Shown here piece by piece: positions 43,301 through 58,100 of a stretch of 64,000 nt of DNA (the stretch's first letter is position 1; every line of letters begins with the position of its first letter). Source of the DNA: Bugula neritina (lineage: Eukaryota; Animalia; Bryozoa). Below the pieces are notes generated by a model. It ran no database searches. It was given only the letters and a program-made list of their open reading frames with translations, and had not been told where the DNA came from. The stretch spans positions 186,001 through 250,000 of the forward strand of contig CAXIUT010000073.1 in NCBI GenBank assembly GCA_964035545.1. The letters are read 5' to 3'. The position numbers were made by a program, and so were the translations under genes.

Positions 43301-46300
43301 TGTGTTAACTGTATTGGCACGTTGCCATGAGATATTTGGTAATATTTAGCATCACAACATACTCTTCAGAAAGTTAAGAAAATCAGTCTATAGAAAGTTA
43401 ATGAAATAAACCTACCAGAGAGAGTAAGCCAGATGTAACAAGTAGATCCAAAACAAGTTGATTAACAATTGAAGTTGAATTCTCCATGTAGTGAATACTT
43501 TAGTCCTAATGTCAAATGCAAACGTCTGCAACCAAATTGTGTAGACTTCATGAGCTGGTTAGCTGACAGGACTCATTAAAGTTCTTAACTGTTGTGTGTA
43601 TAGTGATGCCCATCTTGAACTAGAGAGGGCTGACGGAAGACTGCTACTTTGTGAAAATTGACAATGCATATTATTATTATTCATTGTTGAGATTCACGAC
43701 TGCCATAAACAATGATAAAATATTCATTGTTGGTACTACTGAGTAGAATAAAATATAATATAATATTATTCTCTGGACAGATAAACAATATCAAATGCAT
43801 AATATAACATTACCATAAATCTACGGCGCTTCACATCTTCACCTTTTTCTGCAATGTTATTTCTTTGCAGTTAGAAGTACTAGCTGAATATATGACTATG
43901 AAACATAACCCTTCAATTTCATTGCACCAGCACCGATTTCAATATAGGTGTGTTGGGAGTTATCTTTCCTGAAGTTTTGTTCTTGGTGTTTATTCGAAGC
44001 AGACACAGGCTAATATTAGTTTTGTTATTTGCAAGAGTTTTTCTGTCTGATTGTCCATCAGCAAAAGTTTGCGCCTTGCAGTTATTATGGAAATACCAGT
44101 GATGCTGGAAGACCTTTGCATTGTACACCCGCCTTTACTATTGAATTTAGATGTTTTATTTTCCCATCCCCTCTCCTGCCCCCCTGTCCCCTCTAACAAC
44201 CAGCAATCCTGACTCATGCGAAATGTGTTATTAAGTTTTAGAGTTGGACCATGGGCCTACAGTATACGATTTGAAGCTTTATAGTTTACAGGCAGTGGAG
44301 ATGAGTCACTGCTGAAACCCATTTTATTAGTAGACTATATTGCTCTTCAATCATCAGTTTTCATATTCAAAGAGAAAGCTCATCTGCAGCGCCATTTCAC
44401 AGTGTTATATTTTGCTAGAGTAATAACTAATTTTAGATGCCTTTGCAAACATATGAGATATAAATGAGTCGTTTTATGAAAAGAGGTGTTTGCAGCAGTT
44501 GTCCACTTTTGATTTAGACGCGTCATGGAAACTTTTGTAGTTTTAAATAATATCTCCAAACTCATCACTTGCATGTGTTTATATACTTGATAAATTTTTT
44601 CATGCAAAACTTGATGCCTGCTTCAAAGACACCAGTGCTTAATTACTGTGTTAACTGTATTGGCACGTTGCCATAAGACATTTGGTAATATTTCGCATCA
44701 CAACAAACTCTTCAGAAAGTTAAGAAAATCAGTCTAGAAAGTTACTGAAATAAACCTACCAGAGAGAGTAAGCCAGATGTAACAAGTAGATCCAAAACAA
44801 GTTGATTAACAATTGAAGTTGAATTCTCCATGTAGTGAATACTTTAGTCCTAATGTCAAATGCAAACGTCTGCAACCAAATTGTGTAGACTTCATGAGCT
44901 GGTTAGCTGACAGGACTCATTAAAGTTCTTAACTGTTGTGTGTATAGTGATGCCCATCTTGAACTAGAGAGGGCTGACTGAAGACTGCTACTTTGTGAAA
45001 ATTGACAATGCATATTATTATTATTCATTGTTGAGATTCACGACTGCCATAAACAATGATAAAATATTCATTGTTGGTACTACTGAGTAGAATAAAATAT
45101 AATATAATATTATTCTCTGGACAGATAAACAATATCAAATGCATATTATAACATTACCATAAATCTACGGCGCTTCACATCTTCACTTTTTTCTGCAATG
45201 TTATTTCTTTGCAGTTAGAAGTACTAGCTGAATATATGACTATGAAACATAACCCTTCAATTTCATTGCACCAGCACCGATTTCAATATAGGTGTGTTGG
45301 GAGTTATCTTTCCTAAAGTTTTGTTCTTGGTGTTTATTCGAAGCAGACACAGGCTAATATTAGTTTTGTTATTTGCAAGAGTTTTTCTGTCTGATTGTCC
45401 ATCAGCAAAAGTTTGCGCCTTGCAGTTATTATGGAAATACCAGTGATGCTGGAAGACCTTTGCATTGTACACCCGCCTTTACTATTGAATTTAGATGTTT
45501 TATTTTCCCATCCCCTCTCCTGCCCCCCTGTCCCCTCTAACAACCAGCAATCCTGACTCATGTGAAATGTGTTATTAAGTTTTAGAGTTGGACCATGGGC
45601 CTACAGTATACGATTTGAAGCTTTATAGTTTACAGGCAGTGGAGATGAGTCACTGCTGAAACCCATTTTATTAGTAGACTATATTGCTCTTCAATCATCA
45701 GTTTTCATATTCAAAGAGAAAGCTCATCTGCAGCGCCATTTCACAGTATTATATTTTGCTAGAGTAATAACTAATTTTAGATGCCTTTGCAAACATATGA
45801 GAAATAAATGAGTCATTTTATGAAAAGAGGTGTTTGCAGCAGTTGTCCACTTTTGATTTAGACGCGTCATGGAAACTTTTGTAGTTTTAAATAATATCTC
45901 CAAACTCATCACTTGCATGTGTTTATATACTTGATAAATTTTTTCATGCAAAACTTGATGCCTGCTTCAAAGACACCAGTGCTTAATTACTGTATTAACT
46001 GTATTGGCACGTTGCCATAAGATATTTGGTAATATTTCGCATCACAACAAACTCTTCAGAAAGTTAAGAAAATCAGTCTAGAAAGTTACTGAAATAAACC
46101 TACCAGAGAGAGTAAGCCAGATGTAACAAGTAGATCCAAAACAAGTTGATTAACAATTGAAGTTGAATTCTCCATGTAGTGAATACTTTAGTCCTAATGT
46201 CAAATGCAAACGTCTGCAACCAAATTGTGTAGACTTCATGAGCTGGTTAGCTGACAGGACTCATTAAAGTTCTTAACTGTTGTGTGTATAGTGATGCCCA

Positions 46301-48413
46301 TCTTGAACTAGAGAGGGCTGACTGAAGACTGCTACTTTGTGAAAATTGACAATGCATATTATTATTATTCATTGTTGAGATTCACGACTGCCATAAACAA
46401 TGATAAAATATTCATTGTTGGTACTACTGAGTAGAATAAAATATAATATAATATTATTCTCTGGACAGATAAACAATATCAAATGCATATTATAACATTA
46501 CCATAAATCTACGGCGCTTCACATCTTCACTTTTTTCTGCAATGTTATTTCTTTGCAGTTAGAAGTACTAGCTGAATATATGACTATGAAACATAACCCT
46601 TCAATTTCATTGCACCAGCACCGATTTCAATATAGGTGTGTTGGGAGTTATCTTTCCTAAAGTTTTGTTCTTGGTGTTTATTCGAAGCAGACACAGGCTA
46701 ATATTAGTTTTGTTATTTGCAAGAGTTTTTCTGTCTGATTGTCCATCAGCAAAAGTTTGCGCCTTGCAGTTATTATGGAAATACCAGTGATGCTGGAAGA
46801 CCTTTGCATTGTACACCCGCCTTTACTATTGAATTTAGATGTTTTATTTTCCCATCCCCTCTCCTGCCCCCCTGTCCCCTCTAACAACCAGCAATCCTGA
46901 CTCATGTGAAATGTGTTATTAAGTTTTAGAGTTGGACCATGGGCCTACAGTATACGATTTGAAGCTTTATAGTTTACAGGCAGTGGAGATGAGTCACTGC
47001 TGAAACCCATTTTATTAGTAGACTATATTGCTCTTCAATCATCAGTTTGCATATTAAAACAGAAAGCTCATCTGCAGCGCCATTTCACAGTGTTAAATTT
47101 TGCTAGAGTAAAAATTAATTTTAGATGTCTTTGCAAACATATGAGAAATAAATGAGTCATTTTATGAAAAGAGGGGTTTGCAGCAGTTGTCCACTTTTGA
47201 TTTAGACGCGTCATGGAAACTTTTGTAATTTTAAATAATATCTCCAAACTCATCACTTGCATGTGTTTATATACTTGATAAAGTTTTTCATGCAAAACTT
47301 GATGCCTGCTTCAAAGACACCAGTGCTTAAATACTGTGTTAACTGTATTGGCACGTTGCCATGAGATATTTGGTAATATTTAGCATCACAACATACTCTT
47401 CAGAAAGTTAAGAAAATCAGTCTATAGAAAGTTAATGAAATAAACCTACCAGAGAGAGTAAGCCAGATGTAACAAGTAGATCCAAAACAAGTTGATTAAC
47501 AATTGAAGTTGAATTCTCCATGTAGTGAATACTTTAGTCCTAATGTCAAATGCAAACGTCTGCAACCAAATTGTGTAGACTTCATGAGCTGGTTAGCTGA
47601 CAGGACTCATTAAAGTTCTTAACTGTTGTGTGTATAGTGATGCCCATCTTGAACTAGAGAGGGCTGACGGAAGACTGCTACTTTGTGAAAATTGACAATG
47701 CATATTATTATTATTCATTGTTGAGATTCACGACTGCCATAAACAATGATAAAATATTCATTGTTGGTACTACTGAGTAGAATAAAATATAATATAATAT
47801 TATTCTCTGGACAGATAAACAATATCAAATGCATAATATAACATTACCATAAATCTACGGCGCTTCACATCTTCACCTTTTTCTGCAATGTTATTTCTTT
47901 GCAGTTAGAAGTACTAGCTGAATATATGACTATGAAACATAACCCTTCAATTTCATTGCACCAGCACCGATTTCAATATAGGTGTGTTGGGAGTTATCTT
48001 TCCTGAAGTTTTGTTCTTGGTGTTTATTCGAAGCAGACACAGGCTAATATTAGTTTTGTTATTTGCAAGAGTTTTTCTGTCTGATTGTCCATCAGCAAAA
48101 GTTTGCGCCTTGCAGTTATTATGGAAATACCAGTGATGCTGGAAGACCTTTGCATTGTACACCCGCCTTTACTATTGAATTTAGATGTTTTATTTTCCCA
48201 TCCGCTCTCCTGCCCCCCTGTCCCCTCTAACAACCAGCAATCCTGACTCATGTGAAATGTGTTATTAAGTTTTAGAGTTGGACCATGGGCCTACAGTATA
48301 CGATTTGAAGCTTTATAGTTTACAGGCAGTGGAGATGAGTCACTGCTGAAACCCATTTTATTAGTAGACTATATTGCTCTTCAATCATCAGTTTGCATAT
48401 TAAAACAGAAAGC
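40346..48413. repeat. 3-monomer higher-order repeat (4034 bp x2; units 31-33 duplicated as 34-36)
   Basis: GAGATATAAATGAGTCGTTT and AAGACATTTGG occur in units 31/34. The AGATGTCTTT, GAGGGGTTT and TTCCTGAAG set occurs in units 33/36. ORF variants repeat at +4034. Confidence 0.88.
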
Positions 48414-51400
48414 TCATCTGCAGCGCCATTTCACAGTGTTAAATTTTGCTAGAGTAAAAATTAATTTTAGATGCCTTTGCAAACATATGAGAAATAAATG
48501 AATCATTTTATGAAAAGAGGTGTTTGCAGCAGTTGTCCACTTTTGATTTAGACGCGTCATGGAAACTTTTGCAGTTTTAAATAATATCTCCAAACTCATC
48601 ACTTGCATGTGTTTATATACTTGATAAAGTTTTTCATGCAAAACTTGATGCCTGCTTCAAAGACACCAGTGCTTAAATACTGTGTTAACTGTATTGGCAC
48701 GTAGCCATGAGATATTTGGTAATATTTAGCATCACAACATACTCTTCAGAAAGTTAAGAAAATCAGTCTATAGAAAGTTAATGAAATAAACCTACCAGAG
48801 AGAGTAAGCCAGATGTAACAAGTAGATCCAAAACAAGTTGATTAACAATTGAAGTTGAATTCTCCATGTAGTGAATACTTTAGTCCTAATGTCAAATGCA
48901 AACGTCTGCAACCAAATTGTGTAGACTTCATGAGCTGGTTAGCTGACAGGACTCATTAAAGTTCTTAACTCTTGTGTGTATAGTGATGCCCATCTTGAAC
49001 TAGAGAGGGCTGACTGAAGACTGCTACTTTGTGAAAATTGACAATGCATATTATTATTATTCATTGTTGAGATTCACGACTGCCATAAACAATGATAAAA
49101 TATTCATTGTTGGTACTACTGAGTAGAATAAAATATAATATAATATTATTCTCTGGACAGATAAACAATATCAAATGCATATTATAACATTACCATAAAT
49201 CTACGGCGCTTCACATCTTCACCTTTTTCTGCAATGTTATTTCTTTGCAGTTAGAAGTACTAGCTGAATATATGACTATGAAACATAACCCTTCAATTTC
49301 ATTGCACCAGCACCGATTTCAATATAGGTGTGTTGGGAGTTATCTTTCCTAAATTTTTGTTCTTGGCGTTTATACGAAACAGACACAGGCTAATATTAGT
49401 TTTGTTATTTGCAAGAGTTTTTCTGTCTGATTGTCCATCAGCAAAAGTTTGCGCCTTGCAGTTATTATGGAAATACCAGTGATGCTGGAAGACCTTTGCA
49501 TTGTACACCCGCCTTTACTATTGAATTTAGATGTTTTATTTTCCCATCCCCTCTCCTGCCCCCCTGTCCCCTCTAACAACCAGCAATCCTGACTCATGTG
49601 AAATGTGTTATTAAGTTTTAGAGTTGGACCATGGGCCTACAGTATACGATTTGAAGCTTTATAGTTTACAGGCAGTGGAGATGAGTCACTGCTGAAACCC
49701 ATTTTATTAGTAGACTATATTGCTCTTCAATCATCAGTTTGCATATTAAAACAGAAAGCTCATCTGCAGCGCCATTTCACAGTGTTAAATTTTGCTAGAG
49801 TAAAAATTAATTTTAGATGCCTTTGCAAACATATGAGAAATAAATGAGTCATTTTATGAAAAGAGGTGTTTGCAGCAGTTGTCGACTTTTGATTTAGACG
49901 CGTCATGGAAACTTTTGTAGTTTTAAATAATATCTCCAAACTCATCACTTGCATGTGTTTATATACTTGATAAAGTTTTTCATGCAAAACTTGATGCCTG
50001 CTTCAAAGACACCAGTGCTTAAAACTGTGTTAACTGTATTGGCACGTTGCCATGAGATATTTGGTTATATTTAGCATCACAACATACTCTTCAGAAAGTT
50101 AAGAAAATCAGTCTATAGAAAGTTAATGAAATAAACCTACCAGAGAGAGTAAGCCAGATGTAACAAGTAGATCCAAAACAAGTTGATTAACAATTGAAGT
50201 TGAAATCTCCATGTAGTCAACACTTTAGTCCTAATGTCAAATGCAAACGTCTGCAACCAAACTATGTAGACTTCATGGGCTGGTTAGCTGACAGGACTCA
50301 TTAAAGTTCTTAACTGTTGTGTGTATAGTGATGCCCTTCTTGAAATAGAGAGGGCTGACTGAAGACTGCTACTTTGTGAAAATTGACAATGCATATTATT
50401 ATTATTCATTGTTGAGATTCACGACTGCCATAAACAATGATAAAATATTCATTGTTGGTACTACTGAGTAGAATAAAATATAATATAATATTATTCTCTG
50501 GACAGATAAACAATATCAAATGCATAATATAACATTACCATAAATCTACGGCGCTTCACATCTTCACCTTTTTCTGCAATGTTATTTCTTTGCAGTTAGA
50601 AGTACTAGCTGAATATATGACTATGAAACATAACCCTTCAATTTCATTGCACCAGCACCGATTTCAATATAGGTGTGTTGGGAGTTATCTTTCCTAAAGT
50701 TTTGTTCTTGGTGTTTATACGAAGCAGACACAGGCTAATATTAGTTTTGTTATTTGCAAGAGTTTTTCTGTCTGATTGTCCATCAGCAAAAGTTTGCGCC
50801 TTGCTGTTATTATGGAAATACCAGTGATGCTGGAAGACCTTTGCATTGTACACCCGCCTTTACTATTGAATTTAGATGTTTTATTTTCCCATCCCCTCTC
50901 CTGCCCCCCTGTCCCCTCTAACAACCAGCAATCCTGACTCATGCGAAATGTGTTATTAAGTTTTAGAGTTGGACCATGGGCCTACAGTATACGATTTGAA
51001 GCTTTATAGTTTACAGGCAGTGGAGATGAGTCACTGCTGAAACCCATTTTATTAGTAGACTATATTGCTCTTCAATCATCAGTTTTCATATTCAAAGAGA
51101 AAGCTCATCTGCAGCGCCATTTCACAGTGTTATATTTTGCTAGAGTAATAACTAATTTTAGATGCCTTTGCAAACATATGAGAAATAAATGAGTCATTTT
51201 ATGAAAAGAGGTGTTTGCAGCAGTTGTCCACTTTTGATTTAGACGCGTCATGGAAACTTTTGTAGTTTTAAATAATATCTCCAAACTCATCACTTGCATG
51301 TGTTTATATACTTGATAAATTTTTTCATGCAAAACTTGATGCCTGCTTCAAAGACACCAGTGCTTAATTACTGTGTTAACTGTATTGGCACGTTGCCATA

Positions 51401-54400
51401 AGATATTTGGTAATATTTCGCATCACAACAAACTCTTCAGAAAGTTAAGAAAATCAGTCTAGAAAGTTACTGAAATAAACCTACCAGAGAGAGTAAGCCA
51501 GATGTAACAAGTAGATCCAAAACAAGTTGATTAACAATTGAAGTTGAAATCTCCATGTAGTCAACACTTTAGTCCTAATGTCAAATGCAAACGTCTGCAA
51601 CCAAACTATGTAGACTTCATGGGCTGGTTAGCTGACAGGACTCATTAAAGTTCTTAACTGTTGTGTGTATAGTGATGCCCTTCTTGAACTAGAGAGGGCT
51701 GACTGAAGACTGCTACTTTGTGAAAATTGACAATGCATAATATTATTATTCATTGTTGAGATTCACGACTGCCATAAACAATGATAAAATATTCATTGTT
51801 GGTACTACTGAGTAGAATAAAATATAATATAATATTATTCTCTGGACAGATAAACAATATCAAATGCATAATATAACATTACCATAAATCTACGGCGCTT
51901 CACATCTTCACCTTTTTCTGCAATGTTATTTCTTTGCAGTTAGAAGTACTAGCTGAATATATGACTATGAAACATAACCCTTCAATTTCGTTGCACCAGC
52001 ACCGATTTCAATATAGGTGTGTTGGGAGTTATCTTTCCTAAAGTTTTGTTCTTGGTGTTTATTCGAAGCAGACACAGGCTAATATTAGTTTTGTTATTTG
52101 CAAGAGTTTTTCTGTCTGATTGTCCATCAGCAAAAGTTTGCGCCTTGCAGTTATTATGGAAATACCAGTGATGCTGGAAGACCTTTGCATTGTACACCCG
52201 CCTTTACTATTGAATTTAGATGTTTTATTTTCCCATCCCCTCTCCTGCCCCCCTGTCCCCTCTAACAACCAGCAATCCTGACTCATGTGAAATGTGTTAT
52301 TAAGTTTTAGAGTTGGACCATGGGCCTACAGTATACGATTTGAAGCTTTATAGTTTACAGGTAGTGGAGATGAGTCACTGCTGAAACCCATTTTATTAGT
52401 AGACTATATTGCTCTTCAATCATCAGTTTGCATATTAAAACAGAAAGCTCATCTGCAGCGCCATTTCACAGTGTTAAATTTTGCCAGAGTAAAAACTAAT
52501 TTTAGATGCCTTTGCAAACATATGAGAAATAAATGAGTCATTTTATGAAAAGAGGTGTTTGCAGCAGTTGTCCACTTTTGATTTAGACGCGTCATGGAAA
52601 CTTTTGTAGTTTTAAATAATATCTCCAAACTCATCACTTGCATGTGTTTATATACTTGATAAAGTTTTTCATGCAAAACTTGATGCCTGCTTCAAAGACA
52701 CCAGTGCTTAAAACTGTGTTAACTGTATTGGCACGTTGCCATGAGATATTTGGTTATATTTAGCATCACAACATACTCTTCAGAAAGTTAAGAAAATCAG
52801 TCTATAGAAAGTTAATGAAATAAACCTACCAGAGAGAGTAAGCCAGATGTAACAAGTAGATCCAAAACAAGTTGATTAACAATTGAAGTTGAAATCTCCA
52901 TGTAGTCAACACTTTAGTCCTAATGTCAAATGCAAACGTCTGCAACCAAACTATGTAGACTTCATGGGCTGGTTAGCTGACAGGACTCATTAAAGTTCTT
53001 AACTGTTGTGTGTATAGTGATGCCCTTCTTGAACTAGAGAGGGCTGACTGAAGACTGCTACTTTGTGAAAATTGACAATGCATATTATTATTATTCATTG
53101 TTGAGATTCACGACTGCCATAAACAATGATAAAATATTCATTGTTGGTACTACTGAGTAGAATAAAATATAATATAATATTATTCTCTGGACAGATAAAC
53201 AATATCAAATGCATAATATAACATTACCATAAATCTACGGCGCTTCACATCTTCACCTTTTTCTGCAATGTTATTTCTTTGCAGTTAGAAGTACTAGCTG
53301 AATATATGACTATGAAACATAACCCTTCAATTTCATTGCACCAGCACCGATTTCAATATAGGTGTGTTGGGAGTTATCTTTCCTAAAGTTTTGTTCTTGG
53401 TGTTTATTCGAAGCAGACACAGGCTAATATTAGTTTTGTTATTTGCAAGAGTTTTTCTGTCTGATTGTCCATCAGCAAAAGTTTGCGCCTTGCAGTTATT
53501 ATGGAAATACCAGTGATGCTGGAAGACCTTTGCATTGTACACCCGCCTTTACTATTGAATTTAGATGTTTTATTTTCCCATCCCCTCTCCTGCCCCCCTG
53601 TCCCCTCTAACAACCAGCAATCCTGACTCATGTGAAATGTGTTATTAAGTTTTAGAGTTGGACCATGGGCCTACAGTATACGATTTGAAGCTTTATAGTT
53701 TATAGGTAGTGGAGATGAGTCACTGCTGAAACCCATTTTATTAGTAGACTATATTGCTCTTCAATCATCAGTTTGCATATTAAAACAGAAAGCTCATCTG
53801 CAGCGCCATTTCACAGTGTTAAATTTTGCCAGAGTAAAAACTAATTTTAGATGCCTTTGCAAACATATGAGAAATAAATGAGTCATTTTATGAAAAGAGG
53901 TGTTTGCAGCAGTTGTCCACTTTTGATTTAGACGCGTCATGGAAACTTTTGTAGTTTTAAATAATATCTCCAAACTCATCACTTGCATGTGTTTATATAC
54001 TTGATAAAGTTTTTCATGCAAAACTTGATGCCTGCTTCAAAGACACCAGTGCTTAAAACTGTGTTAACTGTATTGGCACGTTGCCATGAGATATTTGGTT
54101 ATATTTAGCATCACAACATACTCTTCAGAAAGTTAAGAAAATCAGTCTATAGAAAGTTAATGAAATAAACCTACCAGAGAGAGTAAGCCAGATGTAACAA
54201 GTAGATCCAAAACAAGTTGATTAACAATTGAAGTTGAATTCTCCATGTAGTGAATACTTTAGTCCTAATGTCAAATGCAAACGTCTGCAACCAAATTGTG
54301 TAGACTTCATGAGCTGGTTAGCTGACAGGACTCATTAAAGTTCTTAACTGTTGTGTGTATAGTGATGCCCATCTTGAACTAGAGAGGGCTGACGGAAGAC

Positions 54401-55138
54401 TGCTACTTTGTGAAAATTGACAATGCATATTATTATTATTCATTGTTGAGATTCACAACTGCCATAAACAATGATAAAATATTCATTGTTGGTACTACTG
54501 AGTAGAATAAAATATAATATAATATTATTCTCTGGACAGATAAACAATATCAAATGCATATTATAACATTACCATAAATCTACGGCGCTTCACATCTTCA
54601 CTTTTTTCTGCAATGTTATTTCTTTGCAGTTAGAAGTACTAGCTGAATATATGACTATGAAACATAACCCTTCAATTTCATTGCACCAGCACCGATTTCA
54701 ATATAGGTGTGTTGGGAGTTATCTTTCCTAAAGTTTTGTTCTTGGTGTTTATTCGAAGCAGACACAGGCTAATATTAGTTTTGTTATTTGCAAGAGTTTT
54801 TCTGTCTGATTGTCCATCAGCAAAAGTTTGCGCCTTGCAGTTATTATGGAAATACCAGTGCTGCTGGAAGACCTTTGCATTGTACACCCGCCTTTACTAT
54901 TGAATTTAGATGTTTTATTTTCCCATCCCCTCTCCTGCCCCCCTGTCCCCTCTAACAACCAGCAATCCTGACTCATGCGAAATGTGTTATTAAGTTTTAG
55001 AGTTGGACCATGGGCCTACAGTATACGATTTGAAGCTTTATAGTTTACAGGCAGTGGAGATGAGTCACTGCTGAAACCCATTTTATTAGTAGACTATATT
55101 GCTCTTCAATCATCAGTTTTCATATTCAAAGAGAAAGC

Positions 55139-58100
55139 TCATCTGCAGCGCCATTTCACAGTGTTATATTTTGCTAGAGTAATAACTAATTTTAGATGCC
55201 TTTGCAAACATATGAGATATAAATGAGTCGTTTTATGAAAAGAGGTGTTTGCAGCAGTTGTCCACTTTTGATTTAGACGCGTCATGGAAACTTTTGTAGT
55301 TTTAAATAATATCTCCAAACTCATCACTTGCATGTGTTTATATACTTGATAAATTTTTTCATGCAAAACTTGATGCCTGCTTCAAAGACACCAGTGCTTA
55401 ATTACTGTGTTAACTGTATTGGCACGTTGCCATAAGACATTTGGTAATATTTCGCATCACAACAAACTCTTCAGAAAGTTAAGAAAATCAGTCTAGAAAG
55501 TTACTGAAATAAACCTACCAGAGAGAGTAAGCCAGATGTAACAAGTAGATCCAAAACAAGTTGATTAACAATTGAAGTTGAAATCTCCATGTAGTCAACA
55601 CTTTAGTCCTAATGTCAAATGCAAACGTCTGCAACCAAACTATGTAGACTTCATGGGCTGGTTAGCTGACAGGACTCATTAAAGTTCTTAACTGTTGTGT
55701 GTATAGTGATGCCCTTCTTGAACTAGAGAGGGCTGACTGAAGACTGCTACTTTGTGAAAATTGACAATGCATATTATTATTATTCATTGTTGAGATTCAC
55801 GACTGCCATAAACAATGATAAAATATTCATTGTTGGTACTACTGAGTAGAATAAAATATAATATAATATTATTATCTGGACAGATAAACAATATCAAATG
55901 CATAATATAACATTACCATAAATCTACGGCGCTTCACATCTTCACCTTTTTCTGCAATGTTATTTCTTTGCAGTTAGAAGTACTAGCTGAATATATGACT
56001 ATGAAACATAACCCTTCAATTTCATTGCACCAGCACCGATTTCAATATAGGTGTGTTGGGAGTTATCTTTCCTAAAGTTTTGTTCTTGGTGTTTATACGA
56101 AGCAGACACAGGCTAATATTAGTTTTGTTATTTGCAAGAGTTTTTCTGTCTGATTGTCCATCAGCAAAAGTTTGCGCCTTGCTGTTATTATGGAAATACC
56201 AGTGATGCTGGAAGACCTTTGCATTGTACACCCGCCTTTACTATTGAATTTAGATGTTTTATTTTCCCATCCCCTCTCCTGCCCCCCTGTCCCCTCTAAC
56301 AACCAGCAATCCTGACTCATGCGAAATGTGTTATTAAGTTTTAGAGTTGGACCATGGGCCTACAGTATACGATTTGAAGCTTTATAGTTTACAGGCAGTG
56401 GAGATGAGTCACTGCTGAAACCCATTTTATTAGTAGACTATATTGCTCTTCAATCATCAGTTTTCATATTCAAAGAGAAAGCTCATCTGCAGCGCCATTT
56501 CACAGTGTTATATTTTGCTAGAGTAATAACTAATTTTAGATGCCTTTGCAAACATATGAGAAATAAATGAGTCATTTTATGAAAAGAGGTGTTTGCAGCA
56601 GTTGTCCACTTTTGATTTAGACGCGTCATGGAAACTTTTGTAGTTTTAAATAATATCTCCAAACTCATCACTTGCATGTGTTTATATACTTGATAAATTT
56701 TTTCATGCAAAACTTGATGCCTGCTTCAAAGACACCAGTGCTTAATTACTGTGTTAACTGTATTGGCACGTTGCCATAAGATATTTGGTAATATTTCGCA
56801 TCACAACAAACTCTTCAGAAAGTTAAGAAAATCAGTCTAGAAAGTTACTGAAATAAACCTACCAGAGAGAGTAAGCCAGATGTAACAAGTAGATCCAAAA
56901 CAAGTTGATTAACAATTGAAGTTGAAATCTCCATGTAGTCAACACTTTAGTCCTAATGTCAAATGCAAACGTCTGCAACCAAACTATGTAGACTTCATGG
57001 GCTGGTTAGCTGACAGGACTCATTAAAGTTCTTAACTGTTGTGTGTATAGTGATGCCCTTCTTGAACTAGAGAGGGCTGACTGAAGACTGCTACTTTGTG
57101 AAAATTGACAATGCATATTATTATTATTCATTGTTGAGATTCACGACTGCCATAAACAATGATAAAATATTCATTGTTGGTACTACTGAGTAGAATAAAA
57201 TATAATATAATATTATTCTCTGGACAGATAAACAATATCAAATGCATAATATAACATTACCATAAATCTACGGCGCTTCACATCTTCACCTTTTTCTGCA
57301 ATGTTATTTCTTTGCAGTTAGAAGTACTAGCTGAATATATGACTATGAAACATAACCCTTCAATTTCATTGCACCAGCACCGATTTCAATATAGGTGTGT
57401 TGGGAGTTATCTTTCCTAAAGTTTTGTTCTTGGTGTTTATACGAAGCAGACACAGGCTAATATTAGTTTTGTTATTTGCAAGAGTTTTTCTGTCTGATTG
57501 TCCATCAGCAAAAGTTTGCGCCTTGCAGTTATTATGGAAATACCAGTGATGCTGGAAGACCTTTGCATTGTACACCCGCCTTTACTATTGAATTTAGATG
57601 TTTTATTTTCCCATCCCCTCTCCTGCCCCCCTGTCCCCTCTAACAACCAGCAATCCTGACTCATGTGAAATGTGTTATTAAGTTTTAGAGTTGGACCATG
57701 GGCCTACAGTATACGATTTGAAGCTTTATAGTTTACAGGCAGTGGAGATGAGTCACTGCTGAAACCCATTTTATTAGTAGACTATATTGCTCTTCAATCA
57801 TCAGTTTTCATATTCAAAGAGAAAGCTCATCTGCAGCGCCATTTCACAGTGTTATATTTTGCTAGAGTAATAACTAATTTTAGATGCCTTTGCAAACATA
57901 TGAGAAATAAATGAGTCATTTTATGAAAAGAGGTGTTTGCAGCAGTTGTCCACTTTTGATTTAGACGCGTCATGGAAACTTTTGTAGTTTTAAATAATAT
58001 CTCCAAACTCATCACTTGCATGTGTTTATATACTTGATAAAGTTTTTCATGCAAAACTTGATGCCTGCTTCAAAGACACCAGTGCTTAAAACTGTGTTAA

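Noticed and set aside
51986-52002. CENP-B box-like TTTCGTTG
   Set aside because: It comes from a single-copy SNP and lacks the required A..CGGG 3' half.
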